A stretch of DNA of 34,635 bases from a virus (Duplodnaviria; Heunggongvirae; Uroviricota; Caudoviricetes), in the IMG/VR virus record IMGVR_UViG_3300027754_000043; one strand, 5' to 3'. Below the pieces are notes generated by a model that saw only the letters and a list, made by a program, of their open reading frames with translations, did not search any database and was not told the DNA's origin. Position numbers and translations under genes: made by a program. Shown here piece by piece: positions 17,732 through 24,807 of this stretch; positions within the stretch are counted from its first letter, which is position 1; each line of letters begins with the position of its first letter.

Positions 17732-17861
17732 TAGTCAGGACAGGATTCGAACCTGTATGATAACTTATGAGCAGGACTTGCACCGGGTTTTTCGAGGTTA
17801 CTCTGCGTTATCTTTAATGTTAACCTTTATTCATAGCGTCTACCAATTCCGCCACCTGACT
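17732..17861 (-). ncRNA. tRNA-like RNA, copy 1 (130 nt; no canonical anticodon arm)
   Basis: Acceptor AGTCAGG/CCTGACT, Leu-type D arm GCG-GAATTGGTAGA-CGC, T arm ACAGG-TTCGAAT-CCTGT, central ~78-nt insert. Confidence 0.8.
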
Positions 17862-17867
17862 ATTTTA

Positions 17868-18113
17868 TTACTTAAACTTCTTACCAGTTACTGCATTGAT
17901 CGACATACGAGGCGATGAAGCCAATTTAAGCGCTTGTGCTGCTGCATACTCTGCTCTTTTGTCTTTGATACCTTTTTCTGCTGAACGAGCATCTAAACCC
18001 ATTGCTACTGCCACTGCATCCGATCCAGATGCTGCGGTTCTTGCTTCTTTGCCAAATCCTGCGATGATCCCGTCTTGCTTAACAAATCCTGAATTTCTTC
18101 TTCCAATACTCAT
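17868..18113 (-). CDS. hypothetical basic Ala-rich protein
   Basis: Start reassigned to ATG 18113 (MSIGRRN) with GAGAGTT context; class I promoter at 18157. Confidence 0.7.
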   Translation of the reverse strand: MSIGRRNSGFVKQDGIIAGFGKEARTAASGSDAVAVAMGLDARSAEKGIKDKRAEYAAAQALKLASSPRMSINAVTGKKFK

Positions 18114-18195
18114 AACTCTCAAATTTTAAATTAATAACCTTATTTCTTTCTATACTTAAAGATAAGCATTTTTCACTTCATATCCTAGTCTTTTC

Positions 18196-18588
18196 TCAGA
18201 AAAGTTTCGAAAATGTTTCAGCTCTCTTTAAGCACTCAAAGTGACCTACCGAGTTCCGTCCCCATATTTCTGCTTGGCCGGAATGGCTGCATTTAGGAAT
18301 AACTGTGAATAAAACTTCATTCTCATTGCATATACGGAAATCGTCATATAGTGATCCAGCACCCGGACAATTATTTTTAAAGAACACATATGTGCTTAAT
18401 ATATCGATCTCCGGATTGGCTGCAATGAACTTTTTTACCTTAGGGAACAATGCCTTTGCTTTGCGCTCTAATGATGAATCTTTGCAGAACCAATCATAAA
18501 AGTTAAAACAATCATTTTCCGATCCTTCACTGTCAATAATTCTGCCTGATGCAAATGCATTCAATTGTTCTGCTAATGTCGTTTTCAT
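18196..18588 (-). CDS. hypothetical phage protein (FYDWFC...FFKNNCP...LYDDFRI)
   Basis: 130-aa ORF behind a class I promoter. Confidence 0.8.
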   Translation of the reverse strand: MKTTLAEQLNAFASGRIIDSEGSENDCFNFYDWFCKDSSLERKAKALFPKVKKFIAANPEIDILSTYVFFKNNCPGAGSLYDDFRICNENEVLFTVIPKCSHSGQAEIWGRNSVGHFECLKRAETFSKLF

Positions 18589-18693
18589 ATTCTCTCGGTT
18601 TAAAATTAAGGACCATTCCCTAATTGCTATACTTAAAGATAAGCATTTTTCACTTCGGATCCTAATCTTTTCGCAACTTTGTTTCAGAAAAGT

Positions 18694-19047
18694 TTATGGT
18701 TGAATAACCCATTCCTCAGTGGATCGATCCCATTGCGCTACTGTGGTTGAGTTACACGGATAGCCATGGCCAGCTACTTCTACATTCTCAATACCCATCG
18801 GATGATCCGGACCATTCCAATCCACTGCATCTACATCCAATTCTACATAACCTCGTCGGTCACCTCTCTCATTGAATAATAATACATGCACAAACCATCT
18901 CGGCTTGTTATCCCAATTGTACCAATCGATACTGCTAACCATTCCTTCCTCAGCTTCCTGAATCATCCCTAACTCTTTCATACGAGTCGTTAAGTCCTGA
19001 TCGAAATAATGCATTTGTGTCTCTGACGGTCTAAAATCTTCTCTCAT
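18694..19047 (-). CDS. hypothetical protein
   Basis: 117-aa ORF behind a class I promoter. Confidence 0.75.
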   Translation of the reverse strand: MREDFRPSETQMHYFDQDLTTRMKELGMIQEAEEGMVSSIDWYNWDNKPRWFVHVLLFNERGDRRGYVELDVDAVDWNGPDHPMGIENVEVAGHGYPCNSTTVAQWDRSTEEWVIQP

Positions 19048-19126
19048 CTCTTTAAATTTAAATTAATATCTCTTTCTTAAAGATAAGCATTTTTCACTTC
19101 ATATCCTAGTCTTTTGTTAACTTTGT

Positions 19127-19348
19127 TTAAACTTTGTGCTGCTCTTTAATGCAATGCTTAATGTCGCCGATGGTACGGATCCCTTGCCTGGAATTGTCAA
19201 TTGCAATAACCTTAGTGGAATCCTTTAACAATTCAGCCAATGGATCGGTAAAGGTTAATTTGACTTGTCCATTGCCGATTCCAACTCGTCTAGCTATTGG
19301 CAGTACTTCGCCGGTGCTAGGTATTCTCACTCCGAATGTTGTGCTCAT
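19127..19348 (-). CDS. hypothetical protein
   Basis: 73-aa ORF, GAGATATG start context. Confidence 0.7.
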   Translation of the reverse strand: MSTTFGVRIPSTGEVLPIARRVGIGNGQVKLTFTDPLAELLKDSTKVIAIDNSRQGIRTIGDIKHCIKEQHKV

Positions 19349-19364
19349 ATCTCAGTTTTAATAA

Positions 19365-19571
19365 TTAAAATAAATCAAATTTCCCGTCTACGAATAATAT
19401 GGACTCTCCAGCATCACAGCCGGCTACATCGATATTGCAATATCCATCATTTGGATTACATAAATTATCCATGTCTATTATTACAAACTGGATCCCGCTC
19501 TCCTCTAATAATGTGATAAAGGCTGCTGCTTTATTTGCCTTTGCTAATTTGACAATCTCTTCATTTCTCAT
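19365..19571 (-). CDS. hypothetical protein
   Basis: 68-aa ORF, AAGAGATATG start context. Confidence 0.7.
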   Translation of the reverse strand: MRNEEIVKLAKANKAAAFITLLEESGIQFVIIDMDNLCNPNDGYCNIDVAGCDAGESILFVDGKFDLF

Positions 19572-19576
19572 ATCTC

Positions 19577-19705
19577 TTATTTATTTGCTATAGCACCTAA
19601 TGTGCCTGACATTAATATTATTAAACCAAATCCATTTCCAAATGCTAACATTATACCTCCTAGCATCATTGAGGAGATCCCTATAATAAATCCTACGTTT
19701 CTCAT
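19577..19705 (-). CDS. small two-helix membrane protein (42 aa, not in ORF track)
   Basis: MRNVGFIIGISSMMLGGIMLAFGNGFGLIILMSGTLGAIANK fills the gap. Confidence 0.6.
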   Translation of the reverse strand: MRNVGFIIGISSMMLGGIMLAFGNGFGLIILMSGTLGAIANK

Positions 19706-19715
19706 TTGTCTAGTT

Positions 19716-19958
19716 TTAAAATTGAAAACAACCCGGGTTAGTTTTACTTGGCTTAGCTATCCTAGTCGCAATATATCTGCGATTGAAGTCGTTAAATTTG
19801 GAATTAAATTTATAACTAACCCAATAATGTTTACCATTAATGGCTCCTAAAATAATTGTGGTATTTTTACCCCAAATTTCTGTTGCGATGCGACTTGCTA
19901 TTGCCGGCTCGAAGAACTCTGCTAACTCTTCCAATTGTAATCTTGCTTTAACTCTCAT
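19716..19958 (-). CDS. hypothetical protein
   Basis: 80-aa ORF behind a class I promoter. Confidence 0.7.
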   Translation of the reverse strand: MRVKARLQLEELAEFFEPAIASRIATEIWGKNTTIILGAINGKHYWVSYKFNSKFNDFNRRYIATRIAKPSKTNPGCFQF

Positions 19959-20069
19959 ATCTCTCTTTTTTAAATTAAATTATTATTCCCTTTCCCTATA
20001 CTTAAAGATAAGCATTTTTCTCCCCGGATCCTAATCTTTTACCAGAAAAGTTTCAGAAAAGTTTACTGG

Positions 20070-20450
20070 CTAATTAAAGCCAATAAATCCTTTTTCTAAT
20101 TCAATTTCTAATTCCTCAGCTATTTCCTTAAGTCTGAAGCTAGCAGCGCTTTCAAGCTCTTCCTCTACTATCACAGATACGTCATGCACTGTGTATCCAA
20201 ATCCAAATCCATAACATGTAACTGCACATTGGATTCGCTTCATTTCTGGCGTTGCCTGATCTTTGAATTCGGCATCTAACATGTCCTCCGGATCATCGAA
20301 ATCAGTAGCACAATCAATCATTGCCGCCTGCCACAGTGAGTTAACTTCATCAACTACTACTCGCGCCACTTCTTCATTGTGGGCATACATCTCTTTGCTC
20401 CATGGCTTTGTGATTGTGATCCCGTACTCAACTTTTGCTTCTTTTTTCAT
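20070..20450 (-). CDS. hypothetical acidic protein
   Basis: 126-aa ORF behind a class I promoter. Confidence 0.75.
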   Translation of the reverse strand: MKKEAKVEYGITITKPWSKEMYAHNEEVARVVVDEVNSLWQAAMIDCATDFDDPEDMLDAEFKDQATPEMKRIQCAVTCYGFGFGYTVHDVSVIVEEELESAASFRLKEIAEELEIELEKGFIGFN

Positions 20451-20515
20451 ATCTCTTTCTTTTTATTAAAGATAAGCATTTTTCTTTTATCGTCCTAGTC
20501 TTTTGTTAACTTTGT

Positions 20516-20746
20516 TTAAACTTTTCTAGAATACCGGCTAGCATCAAACTCTTTAATTTCCCATTGTGCTTTAAGCACTTTTGGATGATCCTGATCGAAT
20601 CTAACACCAGTATCGTTACGGGTATTGTGGAAGTGTAAATAACGTCCTCGTTCTGACATTCCTAAATACTTCATACTCGGATAAGTAGTATCGATACACT
20701 GAACGATATATACATTGCCTTCTCTTAATAAATGTGTTCCTCTCAT
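20516..20746 (-). CDS. hypothetical protein
   Basis: 76-aa ORF, AAGAGATATG start context. Confidence 0.7.
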   Translation of the reverse strand: MRGTHLLREGNVYIVQCIDTTYPSMKYLGMSERGRYLHFHNTRNDTGVRFDQDHPKVLKAQWEIKEFDASRYSRKV

Positions 20747-20761
20747 ATCTCTTGTTTTAAA

Positions 20762-20836
20762 TTAATTTTCTAAATCCTCTCCTAGTGAAAATACTACTGC
20801 CAGTATTAATACTATTAATATTATAAAGCCCTGCAT
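20762..20836 (-). CDS. single-TM microprotein (24 aa, not in ORF track)
   Basis: MQGFIILIVLILAVVFSLGEDLEN; TAATG stop/start overlap with the upstream gene. Confidence 0.5.
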   Translation of the reverse strand: MQGFIILIVLILAVVFSLGEDLEN

Positions 20837-21078
20837 TAACCTCGCATTTTGCTAATACCTGAGTGAGCTATCTCAGCAATAATGTCAATTAATATGCGAG
20901 GATCGACCTCATTTATAAACGTGCAACCAGCACCGCCATAACCATATTCAGCCACTAACACGCCATCTACAAATATTTGTGCTAGATCCTCATCTAAGAA
21001 TGTTCTCACTTTAACTACTCGATCTTGCACCTCAAACTGTGATGCTACTGCGTTTTCTAAATTTCTCATATATTTCAT
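20836..21078 (-). CDS. hypothetical protein
   Basis: Start reassigned to ATG 21078 (MKYMRN), since the longer start lies inside the promoter repeat. Confidence 0.7.
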   Translation of the reverse strand: MKYMRNLENAVASQFEVQDRVVKVRTFLDEDLAQIFVDGVLVAEYGYGGAGCTFINEVDPRILIDIIAEIAHSGISKMRG

Positions 21079-21144
21079 ATATCTCTTATTTTTTATAAAT
21101 TTAAGCATTTTATATTTATCGTCCTAGCAAATTAGCAACTTTGT

Positions 21145-21324
21145 TTAAATTAATTTAACTAATGTATCATTATCTAAATTCCAGATCGTACCGCTTACAG
21201 TTGCTACGTCGACAGTATACTTTTTCTTTTTTACTACTGTCAAGTGATATATCTCTATATTGCCGCGATTGTGTAATCCCAATTCTACTACTTGACCTTT
21301 TGCTACTTCTCCTACTTCTATCAT
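21145..21324 (-). CDS. small hypothetical protein (59 aa, not in ORF track)
   Basis: MIEVGEVAKGQVVELGLHNRGNIEIYHLTVVKKKKYTVDVATVSGTIWNLDNDTLVKLI behind the class I promoter at 21360. Confidence 0.7.
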   Translation of the reverse strand: MIEVGEVAKGQVVELGLHNRGNIEIYHLTVVKKKKYTVDVATVSGTIWNLDNDTLVKLI

Positions 21325-21432
21325 ATCTCTCTTTATTTAATTAATAAACTTCCTATACTTAAAGATAAGCATTTTTCACTTCACGTCCTAGTCTTTTCAC
21401 AGAAAAGTTTCAACAAAAGTAAACATTTATTT

Positions 21433-21462
21433 CAGTAGTAAAGGATCCCGGTAAGGATCCCT
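21433..21462 (-). terminator. putative terminator closing the RNA operon
   Basis: Minus AGGGATCC-TTACCG-GGATCCTT then TACTACTG, echoing the ACTG tail of the other terminators; short U tract. Confidence 0.5.
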
Positions 21463-21476
21463 AACTAGATAAGAGT

Positions 21477-21529
21477 GGCCAGAATGAGAAGAGATATGAT
21501 AAGAGAGAGATATGAAACTCATTCTGGCC
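21477..21529 (-). ncRNA. candidate antisense/decoy hairpin RNA
   Basis: Perfect 12-bp stem GGCCAGAATGAG/CTCATTCTGGCC; 29-nt loop complementary to the AGAGATATGA start contexts. Confidence 0.6.
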
Positions 21530-21630
21530 GATAAGAAATGGATCGATCCAACGATCCTGCAATTATGATCCCGACGCCTTACACGGCTCTCCAATTGTTT
21601 CAGTGGTTACCGATCCACCGGGATACTATG

Positions 21631-21703
21631 TAGCGCGGGCTAGACTCGAACTAGCGATCTTCAGGTTATGAGCCTGCCGAGATACCAACTTCTCCACCGC
21701 ACA
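21631..21703 (-). tRNA. tRNA-Met(CAT), initiator-like
   Basis: Cloverleaf with anticodon loop CTCATAA, T arm GCTAG-TTCGAGT-CTAGC, unpaired 1:72. Confidence 0.85.
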
Positions 21704-21710
21704 ATATATT

Positions 21711-21775
21711 ATAGAGCCGGAGCCGGTAGGCGAACTGAAAGCTTAATTCCAGGCGCCTGTGGTTGCCGGCTCTAT
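21711..21775 (-). ncRNA. candidate long-hairpin RNA
   Basis: ATAGAGCCGG/CCGGCTCTAT closing stem with inner AGGCG/CGCCT and CTG/CAG helices; GC-rich; just downstream of a promoter motif. Confidence 0.5.
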
Positions 21776-21864
21776 GTTTAACCTAAATGTCTTTATGCCT
21801 TATTTCTATTTATATAATAGCAAATCTAAATCTAAAATCCAACCTAAATATCAACTATTTATTG

Positions 21865-22080
21865 TCTAAATATAAACCGTCTAAAAGCAGCCTACCTGGC
21901 CTAAATATAGCGTGTATATGCTGCGTCTAAAAATAGCCTGGATATGGTCTAAAAATCAATCCGGCATATTGCTCTAAAAATAGGATCCACTTCGTCTAAA
22001 AATAGATCCCACATATTATGCTCTAAAAATAGGATCCGGATTGGTCTAAAAATAAATGCTGAATAATGATCTAAAAATCA
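21865..22080. repeat. array of ten TCTAAAAATAG-like short repeats
   Basis: Units at 21865, 21880, 21900, 21926, 21948, 21973, 21995, 22022, 22045 and 22070 with variable spacers. Confidence 0.9.
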
Positions 22081-22275
22081 ATCAGCATCTCCCTCTATAA
22101 TATCCACACCAATTATATCAATGTCAAAGTCAAAGCAATCCGCTTCGAAGTCTACATCACCTTCACATATACAATCATGAGCCAGCTCCTTAGCTTCTTC
22201 TTCGGATGCGGCCTCCACCTCCACCGCAGCATTCTCGGTAATGGTTCTTTCTAAATATACTATGTACTTTGCCAT
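22078..22275 (-). CDS. DpnD/PcfM-like small acidic protein
   Basis: KYIVYLERTITENAAVEVEAASEEEAKE matches the VEVEAxSEEEA pattern; has its own promoter motif at 22290-22320. Confidence 0.7.
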   Translation of the reverse strand: MAKYIVYLERTITENAAVEVEAASEEEAKELAHDCICEGDVDFEADCFDFDIDIIGVDIIEGDAD

Positions 22276-22324
22276 TGTGTTTTTTATTTATAATATGAAA
22301 TATACTGCTAAAAACCAACCTCAA

Positions 22325-22578
22325 TCTAAAAATACGTTACTCCGTATAGCTAGCGAACCGAATGTACAAGTTCTAAAAGTGCGATTCTTCTAAAAATAGC
22401 CTACCCGGATCCTGCTAGAAATAGCCTAAAAATAGCTGGGTAATGGTGATCCTGGCCTAGAAATAGCCTGATCGTTCTAAAAATCAATGCTACGATACTC
22501 TCCGTATAGCTAGCAATCCGACCAGAAACCTCGTTATAGTGCGCCTAGTTCGGTTTTGCGGTTACTCCGTATAGCTAG
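22325..22578. repeat. second repeat cluster: CTA(A/G)AAATAG units plus three CTCCGTATAGCTAG copies
   Basis: GTTACTCCGTATAGCTAG at 22336 and 22561, core CTCCGTATAGCTAG at 22500; several CTAAAAATAG/CTAGAAATAG units between 22325 and 22486. Confidence 0.85.
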
Positions 22579-23146
22579 TGTTCTCCATGATCCCAATGTA
22601 TTACCTTTAATCCCATACACTAATATAAGAATAATATTTCACAGTACCAACCTTTCCGGCAACTTTATTTCGCGTAAACTGGAAAAATAATTGAGGTTTT
22701 TCTTGGATATGTGGAAAACCTTTTTACGCACTTTTAACGCACTCGACACCGTATCTGGATTACTGATATTCGTTACCAGGCGATAAAGAGTCTACGCCCC
22801 CCGTAAACATTGTATAGGGAGGGGTATATATATAACCTCTCTGTCCTGATGCTCCTAGACACACCACCACCCACAACCTCCACACCCGTATCTCTGAATA
22901 ATAAATGCATCTGAACAATTTAACTATATTCATGTTTACACCATAGACACCAGGTGACCTGAGCCACGACCTAATAACGTACTGAGCATACGTTGTCTTT
23001 TTTGTGCTATTTGTGTACGTATTAACTTTATTACTCTATATACTCGATGTATTGCTTTATGTATTAGTATTCGTGTTCGTTGCGTTATGCTTATAAACAT
23101 TCTAGTTCTATCCGGGAAATTGCAGGTTTACAAATTAGTCCGGAGG

Positions 23147-23329
23147 TTATGGTAAGTATTTAACTATTAACACCATTCCCATCAAAATTGAGTATATTGT
23201 GGTCATTGCAACTAACAAGGTCCACCCTTTCATATCTTCATCATAAACGTTATAATGTCCATATATTTTTTTAAACCTCAACAATCCGAAGATTGCATAC
23301 AATATGCTGATAATTGTTAGTGTGATCAT
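23147..23329 (-). CDS. small membrane protein
   Basis: 60 aa, two hydrophobic segments. Confidence 0.65.
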   Translation of the reverse strand: MITLTIISILYAIFGLLRFKKIYGHYNVYDEDMKGWTLLVAMTTIYSILMGMVLIVKYLP

Positions 23330-23333
23330 TGTT

Positions 23334-23510
23334 TTAATTTTTAGTTAATTGTTCTTCGTGATATAATTTGGCATACTCTTCCATTGCTTTTATGATGAAT
23401 CCTTTCATACAATCTTCATCTGAACCATATTTTGCTTCATATACTAATTTAGTAATTTCATACATACTTGGTGCACCTATTTCTCCGAATTCTTCAAATA
23501 TTTCTTCCAT
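23334..23510 (-). CDS. hypothetical protein
   Basis: Start reassigned to ATG 23510 (MEEIF), one base after the previous stop (TAAGATG). Confidence 0.65.
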   Translation of the reverse strand: MEEIFEEFGEIGAPSMYEITKLVYEAKYGSDEDCMKGFIIKAMEEYAKLYHEEQLTKN

Positions 23511-23511
23511 C

Positions 23512-23721
23512 TTATTTCTTTTTAAATTGTTCAAACCATTCATCAAAATCATAATACGTTTGATTTACTCCACCATGTTTTCCAACTGTATATGCTCGTC
23601 TTAAATCTTCCTCACTATACATTTTTTGGGCTTGCCATTTAGCACCTGCTACAAACATATTAAACTCATCAACTGTACCTGCTAACCTATCAGCAGCTTC
23701 TTCTAATGTTTCTTTTTGCAT
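23512..23721 (-). CDS. hypothetical phage protein (KETLEEAA...GAKWQ...MYSEED)
   Basis: Motif set typical of small proteins in Flavobacteriia-type phages. Confidence 0.75.
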   Translation of the reverse strand: MQKETLEEAADRLAGTVDEFNMFVAGAKWQAQKMYSEEDLRRAYTVGKHGGVNQTYYDFDEWFEQFKKK

Positions 23722-23728
23722 TTTATTT

Positions 23729-23824
23729 CTATTTTAATAATTTTCTAGCAATAAATGCTGCAATACCAATTGCAATAAAGATAAGTGCAAAAGGTAATTG
23801 TTCAGGATAAAAGCCAAATTCCAT
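23729..23824 (-). CDS. single-TM microprotein (31 aa, not in ORF track)
   Basis: MEFGFYPEQLPFALIFIAIGIAAFIARKLLK with TAAGATG coupling. Confidence 0.55.
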   Translation of the reverse strand: MEFGFYPEQLPFALIFIAIGIAAFIARKLLK

Positions 23825-23825
23825 C

Positions 23826-24320
23826 TTATTTCTTTTTAAGTATTAAACAACCATTTTCATCTAGTTTTTCTTCAGGATAACTACCTTTTAATAATTCAGG
23901 TATTATATTCATTTCAATCTCAACCTCTATTTCTGTTGGTTGTTGTAGTGATTGGATAAATTTTTCTTGAATTTCTCTTAATTCATCTTCATCAGTTTTA
24001 TTAAAATGTCTTTGATTCCAACCATATTCAAAGGCTTTAATAATATCAAATTCAGTAAACAACTTGTCTTTATTCAACTCTATTGCTTTATTGAAACCTT
24101 TAATGAAACCTTTAGCCATTTTTTCATTCCCAACAAAAGTGGTTTCTTCATTAATTGTCAATACTGCCAACATCTCAACATCAACAACTCCAAATATCTC
24201 ATCACAGTTTTCTTTTGATAGTTTACTATTACAACCATCTATTGTAGCAGCAATTTTATGACCATCTTCATTATATAAACCATAATGATCCTCTCTTTTT
24301 ACTAATTCAAATCTTTTCAT
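23826..24320 (-). CDS. hypothetical phage protein
   Basis: 164-aa ORF tiling with neighbours. Confidence 0.75.
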   Translation of the reverse strand: MKRFELVKREDHYGLYNEDGHKIAATIDGCNSKLSKENCDEIFGVVDVEMLAVLTINEETTFVGNEKMAKGFIKGFNKAIELNKDKLFTEFDIIKAFEYGWNQRHFNKTDEDELREIQEKFIQSLQQPTEIEVEIEMNIIPELLKGSYPEEKLDENGCLILKKK

Positions 24321-24331
24321 CTTATTCTGAT

Positions 24332-24502
24332 TTAAAGGTTTTTACTTGTTGGTTTTCCTTTTGTTTCAACCCAAAGTTTTAACTCATTATATAAAATAAT
24401 GTCATCATTAAATGTTGGTCCAAATCCTTTAAACATATAAAGAAATTGTTTTGCCCACCATAGTTTAAACTTAAATGGTAATTTGTGAAAGTGTTTTTTC
24501 AT
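24332..24502 (-). CDS. small hypothetical protein
   Basis: Start reassigned to ATG 24502 (MKKHF), TAAGATG coupling. Confidence 0.6.
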   Translation of the reverse strand: MKKHFHKLPFKFKLWWAKQFLYMFKGFGPTFNDDIILYNELKLWVETKGKPTSKNL

Positions 24503-24503
24503 C

Positions 24504-24716
24504 TTATTCTGATTTAAAAGTTTTATCATAATAGTCTTTTGCCTCCCCATTTCTACTCTTCCTAAATGGTGGACTATAAAATCCATTAATATGAGCATCT
24601 TTTATCTGCTCTTTCTCCATTGCCGTAGCCTGTTCGAGAATAGCATACCAAGTTAACTTGTCTATCGGTGTTTCCCACAATCGTTGAAACAACCATTCCG
24701 TTGCTGTCTGTTTCAT
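24504..24716 (-). CDS. hypothetical phage protein (MKQTAxEWL family)
   Basis: MKQTATEWL...MEKEQIKDA...YYDKTFKSE. Confidence 0.75.
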   Translation of the reverse strand: MKQTATEWLFQRLWETPIDKLTWYAILEQATAMEKEQIKDAHINGFYSPPFRKSRNGEAKDYYDKTFKSE

Positions 24717-24807
24717 TGTTCTATTTCTTTAATTTTGTACTGCGGATCATCTTCGGAAATAAATCTAATATTAATTTTACCATTCATATTAGCACCATAT
24801 GGATTTG

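Larger units (their letters stand above)
14657..21410 (-). promoter_or_regulatory. class I promoter repeat, 13 copies (minus consensus AAAAGA[TC]TAGGATCCGAAGTGAAAAATGCTTATCTTTAAGTATAG)
   Basis: Cores start (plus coordinates) at 14657, 15782, 16207, 16620, 17436, 17666, 18157, 18634, 19078, 20003, 20467, 21096 and 21360; each precedes a gene; TTAG-N20-TATCTTTA approximates the Bacteroidota TTTG/-33, TAnnTTTG/-7 consensus. Confidence 0.85.

Noticed and set aside
17732-17861. tRNA-Leu with a group I intron, or tmRNA
   Set aside because: Insert is far too short for a group I core, no anticodon halves can be rejoined, and there is no G3:U70 or tag reading frame.
17727-17918. Plus-strand ORFs over the tRNA-like RNAs (also 33380..33565, 33344..33541, 33802..34050)
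   Set aside because: They overlap RNA genes; the shared SQDRIRTC peptide is just the antisense of the T arm.
14657-21410. Class I repeats as a CRISPR array or integron attC sites
   Set aside because: Spacing is hundreds of bases with whole genes between; repeats are non-palindromic promoter-like elements; no cas or integrase gene in the window.
21567-21625. Hammerhead ribozyme in the three-way junction
   Set aside because: No CUGANGA core in the required position on either strand.
21865-22578. Short-repeat arrays as a mini-CRISPR
   Set aside because: Repeats are only 11-18 bp and degenerate; spacers are 4-16 bp or irregular.
22336-22578. CTCCGTATAGCTAG boxes as T7-like promoters or homing-endonuclease sites
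   Set aside because: No convincing match to the consensus sites I know, and no such polymerase or endonuclease gene in the window.
22890-23146. Remaining non-coding stretch right of the C-rich tract
   Set aside because: No ORF, repeat or stable structure I can support by eye.
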